A stretch of 56,085 bases of DNA. Origin: Chiloscyllium plagiosum. Its lineage: Eukaryota. The stretch lies in the NCBI RefSeq assembly GCF_004010195.1, contig NC_057718.1:27117733-27173817 (forward strand), in the 5' to 3' direction. The position numbers and the translations under genes were made by a program. Below the pieces are notes generated by a model. It was not told where the DNA came from and did no database searches. It saw only the letters and a program-made list of their open reading frames with translations. This document shows positions 1 to 12,210 of the stretch, piece by piece; position 1 is the first letter of the stretch, and each line of letters starts with the position of its first letter.

Positions 1-280
1 AGGGTGAGAGGGGAAAGACATAAAAGAGACCTAAGGGGCAACCTTTTCACGCAGAGGGTGGTACGTGTATGGAATGAGCTGCCAGAGGATGTGGTGGAGG
101 CTGGTACAATTGCAACATTTAAGAGGCATTTGGATGGGTATATGAATAGGAAGGGTTTATAGGGATATGGGCCAGGTGCTGACAGGTGGGACTAGATTGG
201 GTTGGGATATCTGGTTGGCATGGACAGGTTGGACCGAAGGGTCTGTTTCCATGCTGTACATCTCTATGACTCTCTGACTC
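1..280 (+). mobile_element. CR1 (HER1-type) LINE 3' end
   Basis: Encodes RVRGERHKRDLRGNLFTQRVVRVWNELP and ends in a CTCTATGACT-type tail; near-identical to other copies in the window. Confidence 0.9.
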
Positions 281-685
281 TATTTTGGTCCAACATTGGT
301 GAAGGAATAGCGACATAGTTCGAAATCACGTTGGTGAAAGATATGAAGGAGAGTGTACAGGCGATCATACTCCCATGTGCGTCAGCTCTTGTTCTTCTAA
401 GTGGCAGAGGCTGTAGGCTCAGAAGATGCTGTTAAAGGAGCTTTGGAGAGTTGCTACAATGCACCTGTCACTGGGGAGGGAGTGATTTTTAAAGTTTATG
501 TTACGTGTATTTAGGCAATGGTACAAGGGTTGACACTTCCATGTCAACAGACCATTTGTGAGTGTCAAGTTAGACTTTGTACCATAGCCTAAATATGTGT
601 AGAATTCTGAAGGACAAATTTATTGTGACAATTTCAACAAGAGAGTAATTGAGAAATGTGAGTCTATATAACGAAAGGAACCTAC

Positions 686-771
686 TCATCACCCCAGCTT
701 CCAGTCCATTCCGTTTGACCCCAAGGGTTCCTGATCCGGATCAGTTGCTCTTCATCACCTTGATAATTCAC
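686..771 (-). CDS. CAPN2: Calpain coding exon 7 (86 nt), catalytic Asn286; gene continues outside the window
   Basis: Acceptor ccttacAG, then [28 protein letters not shown], then donor GTAGGT. Confidence 0.95.
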
Positions 772-1407
772 CTGTAAGGGTTAAAATACAAGGACAGTCC
801 CATAATGTTTTTATTTCACTTATGGCCTCTGGTATTAATATTCAGAGCTGGATCTGAAGTACACCAGGAAAAAAATGAAAAGCAGTTACTTCAGGTTTTT
901 GAATGAAGCATTTATCTTTCAGGATTCTGAATTAGTTTTACGACATTTTTTGATTAAGCATATCCATATCGCCATATAATACAAACATGGACAAAAGCAA
1001 TTTTTATGCTACTGCAGAATATTTTAATTTCGATCCACTTAATTTTGAGTTAAGAGTAAAATGTTATTCTATTAACAGGAAACAAACAACTTGCATTCAT
1101 CAATAGGTCAATGGTTCTTTTCTACATATTGACAGAAAGCTCAAGACATGTGGATAGTGCAGGAACAAACAGATTAGTATAAACAATTTACAAGCAGAGT
1201 TCAGTTAATTTCCGGAAGTGCATACCTGCCCTACTGGCACCATGAAGGCATTGACCTTCTCAGGAATGCCAAGTGGATTTACCTTGAGGGTGAGGAAAAT
1301 CTTGGGCAGCTGGCAAAATTGAGTAATGTTTTTGGATTTAAGAAAGATTGCACTAGTATCCAACATAGTCCCCACATAATATTGTCTCAGATACATCTAC
1401 CGACCAG

Positions 1408-3213
1408 AGTCATAGAGTCGTAGAGATGTACAGCAAAAAAACTGACTTTTCAATTCAACTCGTCCATGCCAACCAGATACCCTAACCTAATCCAGTCCCA
1501 TTTGCCACCACCTGGCCCGCATCCCTCTAAACCCTTCCTGTTCATATACCCATCCAGATGCCTTTTAAATGCTGTAATTGTACCAGCCTCCACCACTTCC
1601 TCTGGCAGCACTTTCCATACACGTACCATCCTCTGTGTGAAAAGGTTGCCCCTTAGGTCCCTTTTATATCTTTCCCCTCTTACCCCAAATCTATGCCCTC
1701 TAGTTCTGGACTCCCCCACCCCAGGGAAAATACCTTGTTTATTTATCCTATCAATGCCCCTCATGATTTTGTAAACCTCTATAAGGTCACCACTCAGCCT
1801 TTGACGCTCCAGGGAAAAACAGCCCCAGCCTATTTAGCCTATCCTTGTAGCTCAAATCCTCCAACCCTGGCAACATCCTTGTAAACCTATTTCCAACTCT
1901 TTGAAGTTTCACAACATCCCTCCAATTGGAAGGAGACCAGAATTGCACGTAATATTCCAAATTGGCCTAACCAATGTCCTGTATAGCCGCAACATGACTT
2001 CCCAACTCCTTTACTCAATGCTCTCACCAATAAAGGAAAGCATACCAAACAAGGCGTTCGATAAGGTTCCCCACAGTAGGCTATTGTACAAAATGCGGAG
2101 GAATGGGATTGTGGGAGATATAGCAGTTTGGATCAGTAATTGGCTTGCTGAAAGAAGACAGAAGGTGCTGATTGATGGGAAATGTTCATCCTGGAGTCCA
2201 GTTACTAGTGGTGTACCGCAAGGGTCGGTGTTGGGTCCACTGCTGTTCATCATTTTTATAAATGACCTGGAAGAGGGCGTAGAAGGGTGGGTTGGTAAAT
2301 TTGCAGATGAAACTAAGGTCAGTGGAGTTGTAGATAGTGACGAAGGATGTTGTAGGTTACAGAGAGACATAGATAAGCTGCAGAGCTGGGCTAAGAGGTG
2401 GCAAATGGAGTTTAATGCGGACAAGTGTGAGGTGATTCACTTTGGTCGGAGTAACCAGAATGCAAAGTACTGGGCTAATGGTAAGATTCTTGGTAATGTA
2501 GATGAGCAGAGAGACCATCTGAGAGGTGATTTAATAGAGACATATAAGATAATCAGAGGGTTAGACAGAGTGGACAGGGAGAGCCTTTTTCCAAGTATGG
2601 TGACGGCGAGCAAGAAGGGGCATACATTGAGGAGTAATAGATATAGGACAGATGTCAGAGGTAGTTCCTTTGCTCAAAGAGTAGTAAGGGTATTGAATGC
2701 TTTGCCTGCAATGGTAGTAGATTCGTCAACTTTAAGTACATTTCCGTCGTCATTGGACAAGCATATGGATGTACATGGAATAGTGTAGGTTAGATGGGCT
2801 TCAGATTGGTATGACAGGTCGGCGCAACATCGAGAGCCGAAAGGCCTGTACTACTGTATAATGTTCTATATCTATACCTTCTTCACTATCCTATCTACCT
2901 GCGACTGTACTTTCAAGGAACTATGAACCTGCACTCCAAGGTCTCTTTGTTCAGCAACACTCCCTAGGACCTTACCATTAAGTGTATAAGTCCTGCTAAG
3001 ATTTGCTTTCCCAAAATGCAGCACCTCACCTTTATCTAAATTAAACTCCATCTGCCACTCCTCAGCCCATTGCCCATCTGATCAAGAGCCCGTTATACTC
3101 TGAGGTAACCTTCTTTGCTGTCCACCACACCTCCAATTTTGGTGTCATCCGCAAACTTACTAACTATACCCTCCTATGTTCACATCCAAATCATTTATAT
3201 AAATGACGAAAAG
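1408..3213 (-). mobile_element. CR1 (HER1-type) LINE, 5'-truncated, interrupted at about 2051-2875
   Basis: ORF 1450-1764 is the CR1 ORF2 C-terminus. RT sequence (GTAAGTTTGCGGATGACACC, KFADDT) resumes on the minus strand at about 2876-3213. Confidence 0.88.
2051..2875 (+). mobile_element. CR1 LINE RT fragment nested in opposite orientation, with an internal deletion
   Basis: KAFDKVPH...SGVPQGSVLGPLLF...KFADETK; the sequence jumps from EQRD to LRGDLIETYK. It has its own 3' tail. Confidence 0.9.
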
Positions 3214-4084
3214 CATCCTACTCCTGATTAACTCATTGAGTTTTAAGTTTCTTTGTTGTGAAGTTATTATAACAAATCTCAACTGCAATTAGCCTGCTGC
3301 AGTAGTCACCATGAGCACCTCTCTACATCAGAGTTTGCTGTTAGAAAGTTTGATTTTATTAGATTATTGTCCAGATCCCTATAGAAAATGTTAAATTCAT
3401 TGAGTATATTAATCATTGGGATTGAATCTTGGTCTGTGGTCTCAAACAGGATGTAGATTCAGGCTGGGGTTCGGGAACACCTGGGCAAAGCTTTGTGCAT
3501 AAGGTGAAAAGAGTGACAGAGTGGCAAATGAACAGTTGCTTTTGGAGATCAGCGTATAGTTATCAGCCAAAAAAAAGAGTTTATCAAGTTGGTGGAGAGG
3601 AAGTAAGCTGGGTTTATCTTGCATTTCAGGATGAACTTGCTGAATGGTTCAGCCCGATGTGGCAATAAAAGGCTAAACCAACTGTGTTCCACAATGTTCA
3701 AGTCTATGCCATTTGTAACTGAGAATTGGTAAACTGACCAAGGTGGAAGAAAATAAGGGTTCTGCTAGGGACAGTGATTGAAAGGTGAATGAATGTTTGA
3801 GCAGATTAGCAGCCGAACAGGTCCTGTGGCAAATGGAGATCAAATACCAGACATTTGAGATTTAAAGGCACAGGCATGAATGACTATGTCAGGCAATGGG
3901 CCGGGTATCAAACGCTTAATGCACGTGTACAACCAGCTGTACAGCAAGAATAAAGAGAGAAAGAAAAAAAGTTGGAGAATTCATTATATGTTGCATTTGG
4001 CAGATGCCACAGAGAAACAACATCACCCTTTTAGATAATATGACATATTTTGGAGAAATTAAAAACTGACTATTTGACACTTAC

Positions 4085-4168
4085 TGTTTCTGCTCCGGTA
4101 ACAGAATAAGCATGGCCCTTGACCAACTGTTGGGAAGTAATTGCTTCAGTCTCTGCTGCACTGGTGAT
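4085..4168 (-). CDS. CAPN2: Calpain coding exon 6 (84 nt), catalytic His262
   Basis: Acceptor ttcattAG, then ITSAAETEAITSQQLVKGHAYSVTGAET, then donor GTAAGT. Confidence 0.95.
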
Positions 4169-4719
4169 CTAATGAACAAGAGTATCAGTGTTAAATAGTC
4201 AAAAGTCAGATTATCATTGATAAAAATAGCTTTAGTCACTACAATACATAACTTCTATGTTATTTAATATTTTTAAATGGAACATAAAACTTTATCAAAT
4301 ATAGAATTATGCATTTGAGAATCTGTAAAAACTAAGATTCATACTCTACTACATTACCAAATGAAGAGGTGTAGGAGAAGGTGAAGTAAATCATAAAGTT
4401 AGTATCTGATGCTAAAGCAGAGCTTCAAAGGTTTGTAGATTATAGAATGGAAGGAACAGTGCAGTAGGCAAGGAAATCTTCAGTCTTGGAATCCTAGAAA
4501 ATAATTAGAAAGGAGAGAACAGGAGTGCAATAAGACAGCAACGGCACAGGGATCCAAAGCAGCATGCAGTTCAGTTAACTTGGAGATTGTTACTAAGGCT
4601 TAAATGGTATAAATACCACCAAGTCTCAGAATCAAAGGCAAAAATATTGCAAAAAAGAAATTAAAATCTTTATCTGTTTTAACTGAATTATAGCAGCCTA
4701 AAACATAATAAAAAGGTGA

Positions 4720-4950
4720 AATATTGTGGATGTTGGCATTCTGAAATAAAACACAGAAGGTGCTGGAGAAGCTCAGCAGGTCTGGCAACATCTGTGGAGA
4801 GAGAAACAGTTAACATTTTAGGTTCAATGAATCTCCTTCAACAATATTCTGAAGAAGTCATCCGAGACTCAAAATGATAACTCTTTTTCTCTTTCCTCCG
4901 ATGCTGCCAGACCTGCTGAGCTTCTGCAATATTTTGTTTTTATTTCTGGT
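4720..4950. mobile_element. Old PLE-derived fold-back element with a decayed HHR
   Basis: Inverted arms GAAGCTCAGCAGGTCTGGCA / TGCCAGACCTGCTGAGCTTC; CTGAAGAAGTC...GACTCAAAATG near 4849. Confidence 0.7.
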
Positions 4951-5879
4951 CTAAATGTGTACTTTGTTCTTGAATCATGCATTTATAGCCTAGTCACCAG
5001 GCTGAATCCTTATCCCTGAGCAAATTGCATTCACTTTATCAGAATACTGGTTTTCACTAAATGGAAACAGATTTAGGGGAATGTGATTGGCTTACCAGAA
5101 GTGAAGTTTACCCTATCCTACAATTCCTATTAGACCCACAGAGTGTCGGACCATACATTCACATGTAATGCTGAGCTGTGAAGGATGTTCACTCATGCCC
5201 ATAAAAGAAAATAAATTGTCACTGAAACAAAGTAAAAAATTGGAAGCTCTCCAATGGAAATGATAATCAGAATATTTAATTGAATTTAATCAATATCTGT
5301 GGAAGTGGATAGTTTTTGGGATCAGCAGCTAAGTGCACATTGAGGCAGAAGTTTCTGAGTGTCCTTAGATGTAAAGGAACATTTAGATGCAGCACGTAGA
5401 GGCAAACTGTTTGGGAGGATTGCACAGGTAACCGAGCATATCCCATCACACACCCACCCATTTAACATATTCAACAGAATTAGACTCTGGCTCTGTTATG
5501 TGTTATTCTGTTTATTTTTATATATTTGATGTTCTATGCTGAAGAACATTCAGGAAATTTTGCCTCACAGATTAAGTCAAGAATACATCGGACAAAGTTC
5601 AAGTATTATCTTAGTTTACCTGCTACATTTCTGAAATGAACTTCCAATCACGGCTGCTTCAGAAATTCAGAATTACCTGAAAGCTAACAGGTTCCCTGCA
5701 GTGCAGGGTAGTCAGGCAAAATACAACAAAACCCCCTTTTTCTCCGAAGTAGATGCTATGTTCCGTGATTTAAATATCCAGCAAGCTTCGACAAGAGAGA
5801 TGCTGCTGCCAAATAATAATTCGAAACCTCAGCAATATGCCTTCCCTTCATGCATAGATCTCATTTTTTGTCCCTAATT

Positions 5880-6860
5880 GGCCTCTTCTGTTCTTACTAC
5901 CCTTTTATTGTTAATATGTCCATAAATGGTTTTTGGATTCCCTTTTATGTTAGTTGCAGTCTTTTTTCTTTGTTTCTCTTATTTTCTTGTTCAATTCTCC
6001 TCAGAAGCTTTCATATTCAGCTTAGTTCTCAAATGTAATTCCCACTTGATATCTGTTGTGAGCAGACGTTTTCTGCTCCATCTTAACATTTCTCCCTTTT
6101 TTCATTCAGGGAGCTTTGTTTTTGTTTGCCCTGTCTTTCCCCTTCAGAGGAATATACCTTGGTAGCATTTGAATTATGTCTTTTCTAAAGGCAATTTAAA
6201 TTTTGCCTGCTAATCTTGGATTCCATTTTATCTATGCTAGATCCATTCTTAACACATTGAAGCTGGCTATCCTCCAGTCAATTATTCTTACTTGGAATTG
6301 TTCTTTGCCCTTTTCCATAGCCAATCAAATTGGTCTTGTCAACGTTCCCTCTAATTTGTTTTCACTGCACAGATCTCCAAGGTTCATGCGCAGGAGCAGC
6401 TCCTGGAAGCAGAAGCCATGTATTGCCACACTAATCTGCATGCATGGAGCTTATAGGGAAAGTTGGTCCTGGTTTTATTTAAGTGCAACTGATCGTGCCT
6501 GTACATGTTCCAACCCTCCGTAAGAACTGATACTGAGATCTCAAGAAATTAAAGCCCTCCGTTCAGCACTATCTCTCTATCCGGCCATGCATTCATATGC
6601 TGTCTTTCTTAATTCTTTACACACTTGCATGTAGTGCTGGGAGTTAATCAGGTTGTTACATTTGAGGTCCTGCCTGCTCATTTTCTACGTAGCTTCTTAA
6701 ACACTGATTGTAGGATCATTTCCGTTTTTCTCCTTACGTTATTGGTAGAAATATCACCCATTAGCACTGGCTGTTCCAGGGAGGCAGCATACCGTCCTGG
6801 AGAAAAACCCTTACAGTCCCCTATCGGACTTCCAATCACAATTGCTCTTTGAGTCTTCAT
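5880..6860 (-). mobile_element. Decayed CR1 LINE remnant including the ORF1 SGNH-esterase-like region
   Basis: RAIVIGS...EQPVLMGDISTNNVRRKTEMILQSVFKKLRRK resembles the CR1 ORF1 esterase blocks (VIGDS, HIGTND). Confidence 0.6.
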
Positions 6861-6913
6861 CGTACCTAGGACTGCGGAGTTCTAATGATATTTTGGATTA
6901 ATTAGAGACTCAC

Positions 6914-7082
6914 ATTAATTGAACAGCCGAGGAGTGAGCCGCATCTTAGTGCCTTTTGAATGATTTTAAAGAGGTTGCTTGGTGCTTTGTCTAATTCATA
7001 CCACTCGGAAATACCTCCTGTAAAATCTTCAAACCCTTCAGTGGTGGATCCTCCAGAGAGTGCTTCATATGATCCATTTAAC
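6914..7082 (-). CDS. CAPN2: Calpain coding exon 5 (169 nt)
   Basis: Acceptor tttcccAG, then [56 protein letters not shown], then donor GTGAGT. Confidence 0.96.
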
Positions 7083-7374
7083 CTGGGAAATGGGGACATT
7101 GCAATTAATCCAATTAATCCATTAAGAATCTATTGGCACATTTCAGCCCCATATCTGATAGTAGTATTCAACTGGAGAAAGTGAAATTCAGCAAAACGCA
7201 GCAGGGCAATCACATACCCAAAGGCTACCATTAATAGATCATGTAACATCTTTGTAGGGTTAACAGTCAGATGGAGTACAGGAGAATCCACAACAAAAAG
7301 ATAAAGGATTTCAGTTCTGGATCCAGAGGAACACCTTCTCCTGACCCCCTTCTTAGAAGGAAATTTATAAATAA

Positions 7375-7560
7375 GGTTAGGCGAGCTGACCATGCTAAAT
7401 TGCCCATAGTGTTCCTGGATGTGTTGGTTAGGTGCATTAGTCGGGGTAAATGTAGAGTAATAGGATAGGGGGAATGGGTCTGGGTTGGTGACTCTTCAGA
7501 GGGTCAGTGTGGGCTCATTGGGCCAAATGGCCTGTTTACACACTGTAGGGATTCTATTCT
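7375..7560 (+). mobile_element. HE1 SINE, 3' half
   Basis: CCATGCTAAATTGCCCATAGTG...GGGCCAAATGGCCTGTTT, shared with full copies in the window. Confidence 0.8.
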
Positions 7561-7664
7561 ATGATATTTCTGTTGGACATGATTAGGCCCCTTCTGATAT
7601 ATGGATCAATGGTGCTGGAAGAGCACAGCAATTCAGGCAGCATCCGAGGAGCTTCAGCAAAAAC

Positions 7665-7692
7665 GACGTTTCGGGCAAAAGCCCTTCATCAG
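7665..7692 (-). ncRNA. Minimal hammerhead ribozyme motif, sense to calpain pre-mRNA (intron 4)
   Basis: Exact reverse complement of 7993-8020. Confidence 0.8.
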
Positions 7693-7992
7693 GAATAAAG
7701 GCAGTGAGCCTGAAGCGTGGAGAGATAAGCTAGGGGAGGGTGGGAGTGGGGAGAGAGTAGCATAGAGAACAATGGGTGAGTGGGGGAGGAGATGAAGGTG
7801 ATAGGTCAGGGAGGAGAGGGTGGAGTGGATAGTTGGAANNNNNNNNNNNNNNNNNNNNNNNNNNNNNNNNNNNNNNNNNNNNNNNNNNNNNNNNNNNNNN
7901 NNNNNNNNNNNNNNNNNNNNTATGCTACTCTCTCCCCACCCCCACCCTCCCCTAGCTTATCTCTCCACGCTTCAGGCTCACTGCCTTTATTC

Positions 7993-8020
7993 CTGATGAA
8001 GGGCTTTTGCCCGAAACGTC
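7993..8020 (+). ncRNA. Minimal hammerhead ribozyme motif
   Basis: CTGATGA-A-GGGC(TTTT)GCCC-GAAA-CGTC: intact core with palindromic ACGT in place of stem-loop III. Confidence 0.8.
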
Positions 8021-8469
8021 GTTTTTGCTGAAGCTCCTCGGATGCTGCCTGAACTGCTGTGTTCTTCCAGCACCATTGATCTAGAATCTGGTTTCCAGCA
8101 TCTGCAGTCATTGTTTTTACCCTTCTGATATATCTCAAGTTAATGAGAGTGCCATTGCAGCTTCTCATTCAAACCCTTAAGTTAAAATTGCAATTGGGTT
8201 CCAATGTTTTCATCAGGGTCAGGCAAATATAACAGCAAAATAAAGTCCCACCTTGAGTGGACACCCTTGTGTTCTGATCGATAGAGTTGGTTACAATCCA
8301 AAATGGTCATCTTCCAACGGCTCTAAGCTAGAGATGCATTTACCCACTTCCCAGGAGAAAAGAGTTACACAAACATCAAGAGTAAATGAACAAATCAATA
8401 GCTGTTAACAGTGAAACCACTATTTCCACATCCACACAAAGAACCAGAAAATGGCCATAATTAACTTAC

Positions 8470-8603
8470 TTTGAGTAGGCTTTCTCCAGCAGGGCACTCC
8501 AAAACTCATTTCCAGAAGCTGAGTGCACAAACATCAGCTGATCATCCTTTGTGGGCAGCCTGTCATCAATCACCACATCCACCCATTCGCCGTACTGCCA
8601 GAA
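8470..8603 (-). CDS. CAPN2: Calpain coding exon 4 (134 nt)
   Basis: Acceptor gttcAG, then [44 protein letters not shown](K), then donor GTAAGT. Confidence 0.96.
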
Positions 8604-9256
8604 CTGAACACGAACATCAAGGGGTTAGCACACTGCAGGAATCGAGCTCACATCACTCAACATGGCCTAACAATCTAAATAATAATTACATTCTGTCAGT
8701 TTCAACTGCTCTCAAAACTTTCAAAATTCTGCATCTAAATGTGCCAGTTGGAACTGCTTTTCCCAGGAGAAGAGTTTTCCCTCATGTTTAAAATGATCAA
8801 AGGGAACAGAATTGATGAAACTCTACTGTAAGATGAAGAGATCTATTATGAGTGCCATTGATATAAGGGGAACAAAAGGATATTGAAACAAAGTACACAG
8901 ATATTAGATCTATTGTTCATTTAGAAGATAAATAGTAACCAATTGTTTGGCTTATAGGCTTCTGTGTTCTAACTACTACATTCACTGCACTCCTGATGAT
9001 GTATGGCCCCAATTTTCACTTCCTCTCAATCTGATTTCTCAGTCCTTGTTTCCCTCATTCAGTCACCCTTCTTATCTCTTCCTCATCCCTTAGCCCTTGC
9101 ACACAGTCTTTGCCCTTTCACCTGCCCCCTTCATGTATATGCTCTCTTATCGCTCTCTTAAGATAAGGCTCTCTTAACTCGTTCACTTAGAAACAGAATT
9201 CCTTTCATTGTCCTTCACCCTGCCTCTCAGCAAAATGTAAAATTAGCAGTGCTTAC

Positions 9257-9375
9257 CTGGAAATGGAAGATTCCAGCATAATCAGATTCAAATTCTTGTC
9301 CACTGGGAACAACCTTGCAAAGAACCTCATGATTCAGGGTCAGCGAGGCAATGGCAGCCAGAAGCCAGCAGTCAC
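9257..9375 (-). CDS. CAPN2: Calpain coding exon 3 (119 nt), catalytic Cys105
   Basis: Acceptor ttttacAG, then (G)[39 protein letters not shown], then donor GTAAGC. Phase 1 matches exon 2. Confidence 0.96.
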
Positions 9376-11574
9376 CTGTAAAAGAAAACCAAGAGGAAAG
9401 CAGAGAGTCAGTTCACGTTCATGTTTCCCCAATCAGTGCAGATTAGATGCATTCAGGTGTCAGGTTTGTTTATTTCAAAGTTCTGGAGAGAAAGGTTGAA
9501 GCATTTGGAACAGTGTGATTAAAACCTCTGGGCTGAAGGGGGAGGCGGGGATGGCACAAGAAAGGAAGCATTCCTTGAGCATCTTTACAAAACTAGCTCT
9601 CCTTAGACAATTGAAATGGAAGTTTCAACAATATTCCACTTCCTCACATCAATAAGCTCATTACTAACCATCTATTCAACTGGTTATGAGGGCTTTAATA
9701 TTGCTTGTATAAACAGCATCTCATATGTACTGAGCACACAACCACAGCTTGTCTGAAGAGAAGACATGACCACAGCATAAGGTAAGTCTTAAAAGTCCTT
9801 GTGCAGAAACAAGTTCAGTTTGGTGATCTTTCCCTCGTCTGGTCATGTATCAAAAGCAACAATTATATTTCAAAATAATAAAGTCCAGAGGTTTGTGCTC
9901 CAACCTGTGTTCCCAATAAGAAGTATTCTTGCAGAAAGCACTGGTTGGAGAAGCAGTCTATAATGCTGTAACTCTTTCTTTTACTCATTCAACCTCATTG
10001 TCAAGAACTTTGGAAGATACCAAACATTCTTTCATTCTTTGGAAATCAGCACAAACCAAATGGTTGCCAGAATGTGATAATGTGAATGTACTGATACAAG
10101 CGCACTTTCAGTGGGAGTGTTCCCAGGCTGGAGAGCTGCCAGACCTGGGCAGTTCCATTCATTTCATTAAATATATAAAGTTAGCTCTGCAGGCTCACAC
10201 ACACACTGAGCAGGGTGCTGTGAGCAAGAAAATAATGTTTTAAAAGTATTTCAAACTGAGATCCTGGAACTGAACACTGTTGAACCTGAAAGCATCCTGT
10301 TTCCATAACACGTGAGAGGCTCCAGTTACAGTGACAATTCTAACTCATGTAGTGGCTTAATGTAGGAAATACTCTATAAATAGTTTGCAGAGGAGAAATG
10401 GATAGCAAAATGGAACCATTTGGAGAGATGGCCAGAGTTAAATAAACTATACTTTGAGGAGATCAGAAAGGGAGTCAGGCAGACTCATTTGACGGTGTAG
10501 TGTGGACTCAACTCCAAAGATTAGAACTAAAACTGGGGATAGTGGAGTGCAGCTATGAGGAGGCAGAGTTGGTGAGGAGCAGATCAATATTATAAATGAA
10601 ACCCAGTGTCACACTGAGTACAACAAATAGGTTCCAATGTAAATAGACTGCTTAAGTCTAAATACTGTTCAGAGAAAACTAAACTGCTTCCCTTTCGTGT
10701 GAGCTGGAAATCCTTCCAAGAAGGGAACAGAGTAAAAGACTGTCTATTGATATGGAACTTTTAAAGTCTCCCCCTATTTAGGAAACTCAGTGTTGCCCAA
10801 ACCTACACTAATAAACATCCTATGTCAATACTGAGACATGTTTTTTGCACTAATAGTTTAGGCAGTCACACATTTCAACTGGTCTGAACCTTCAATGATT
10901 TCTATTTAATGCGTTGAAAATAAACATCTAATTCCCATCTTCATCATTAAATATAGCAGACTTTTTAAAAAGGCAGAAAAGAAAGACAGAAGTAGCAGGA
11001 GGGTTGAATGACAGGATCAGGAATTTTGGAAAATTCTGCATACAATCACATATTCACAGTATTGGATACATCTGAATTAGGGAAGAAGGCCATTCAGCGC
11101 ATCATATCCAGCCATCAAGCCTGATCCTATTTTCTAGCTTTCCGTCTAATAGGTACAGCACTTCAAGAATTCCACTCTGTTTGCAAAACCTTTAAATTCT
11201 GCCTCAGTGGTTAGCACTGTTCCTCACAGTGCTAGGCAGCCAGGTTTGATTTGTCTGTGTGGCGTTCACATATTCTTCTAGTGTAATAATGAAGTTTTCA
11301 TCACAAATTTGTTACAGCAGATAATGACTTTTTTCAAACAAGTTCTACCCATTGGTGCCTGAGAGATAGGGATACCAATGATGCTATGTTTGCACAAAAT
11401 ACCTCACTTCTGTCAAGCTCAAATACACATTTTTGAAAAACGTTGCAGAAACTATCAACTGGCATGTCTTCAGGCTCTCGTTTTCCACCCTAGTTTGGCT
11501 GGGTTGTACACCAACTGTATCAGAGAGAAATGTGACCTTCTTCTCAGGTCTGAGAAATGTGGCTGGATTATTTC

Positions 11575-11850
11575 ATAGAATCCCTATGAAATAGAGGCAG
11601 GCCATTTGGCAATCTTTCAAACAGCAACCCAGACTCACCTCCCTAAAGTATAACACTGCATTTACCACCTAATGCAATACATTTAACCAGCATATCTTTG
11701 GACTGTGGGAGGAAACCAGAGCATCCAGAGGAGCCCCATGCAGACATAGGGAAAGTCTGCACACTGCACAGTTGTTCGAGGGTAGAGTTGAACCCAGCTC
11801 CCTAGCGCTGTGAGGCAAAAGTGCTAACCACTGATCCACTGTGCTGCCCT
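11575..11850 (-). mobile_element. HE1 SINE (diverged)
   Basis: tRNA-like head on the minus strand (GGGCAGCACAGTGG...TGGTTAGCAC) followed by the HE1 body. Confidence 0.85.
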
Positions 11851-11893
11851 ACTGTGGGAGGGGGAGTTAAAGTGTTGGCAGACAGACTATATA

Positions 11894-12210
11894 GGGCAGC
11901 ACGGTGGCTCAGTGACTAGCACTGCTGCGTCACAGTGCCAGGGACCCTGGCTCGATTCCAGGCTCCAGTGACAGTCTGTGTGGAGTTTGCACATTTTTCC
12001 CATGTCTGTGGGGTTTCATCTGGGTGATCCGGTTTCCTCCCATGGTCCAAAGATGTGCAGGTTAGGTGAACTGGCCATACCAAACTGCCATAGTGTTCAG
12101 GCACGTGTAAGTTAGGTGCATTATGGGATACTCTTTGGAGGGTCAGTATGGACTTGTTGGGCCTAATGGCCTGTTTCCACACTATTCTATGTCATTCTGT
12201 TCTACTCTAC
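11894..12210 (+). mobile_element. HE1 SINE
   Basis: GGGCAGCACGGTGGCTCAGTG A-box region, GCTCGATTCC B-box, HE1 body and tail. Confidence 0.9.

Larger units (their letters stand above)
7603..8119 (+). mobile_element. PLE-derived fold-back element (family A) with an HHR in each arm and a 14-bp TSD; contains an assembly gap
   Basis: Arms are near-perfect reverse complements. TSD CCCTTCTGATATAT at 7589-7602 and 8120-8133. Confidence 0.9.

Noticed and set aside
1901..2788. 295-aa ORF
   Set aside because: Chance fusion of an antisense CR1 segment with a nested, internally deleted CR1 RT fragment; not a host gene.
5635..5878. About 80 open codons on + (NELPITAASEIQNYLK...)
   Set aside because: No recognisable homology or clear splice sites; it runs into a decayed CR1.
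7603..8119. Reading the palindromic elements as DNA-transposon MITEs or CRISPR-like repeats
   Set aside because: Asymmetric ends, variable 11-16 bp TSDs and similarity to PLE pLTRs indicate retroposition; there is no spacer array.
10165..10245. TATATAAA followed by a (CA)n tract, as a possible plus-strand promoter
   Set aside because: Single common motif with no supporting exon downstream.
11894..11965. tRNA-like sequences (also near 23538, 33300 and 34830)
   Set aside because: These are heads of HE1 SINEs continuing into the SINE body, not tRNA genes.
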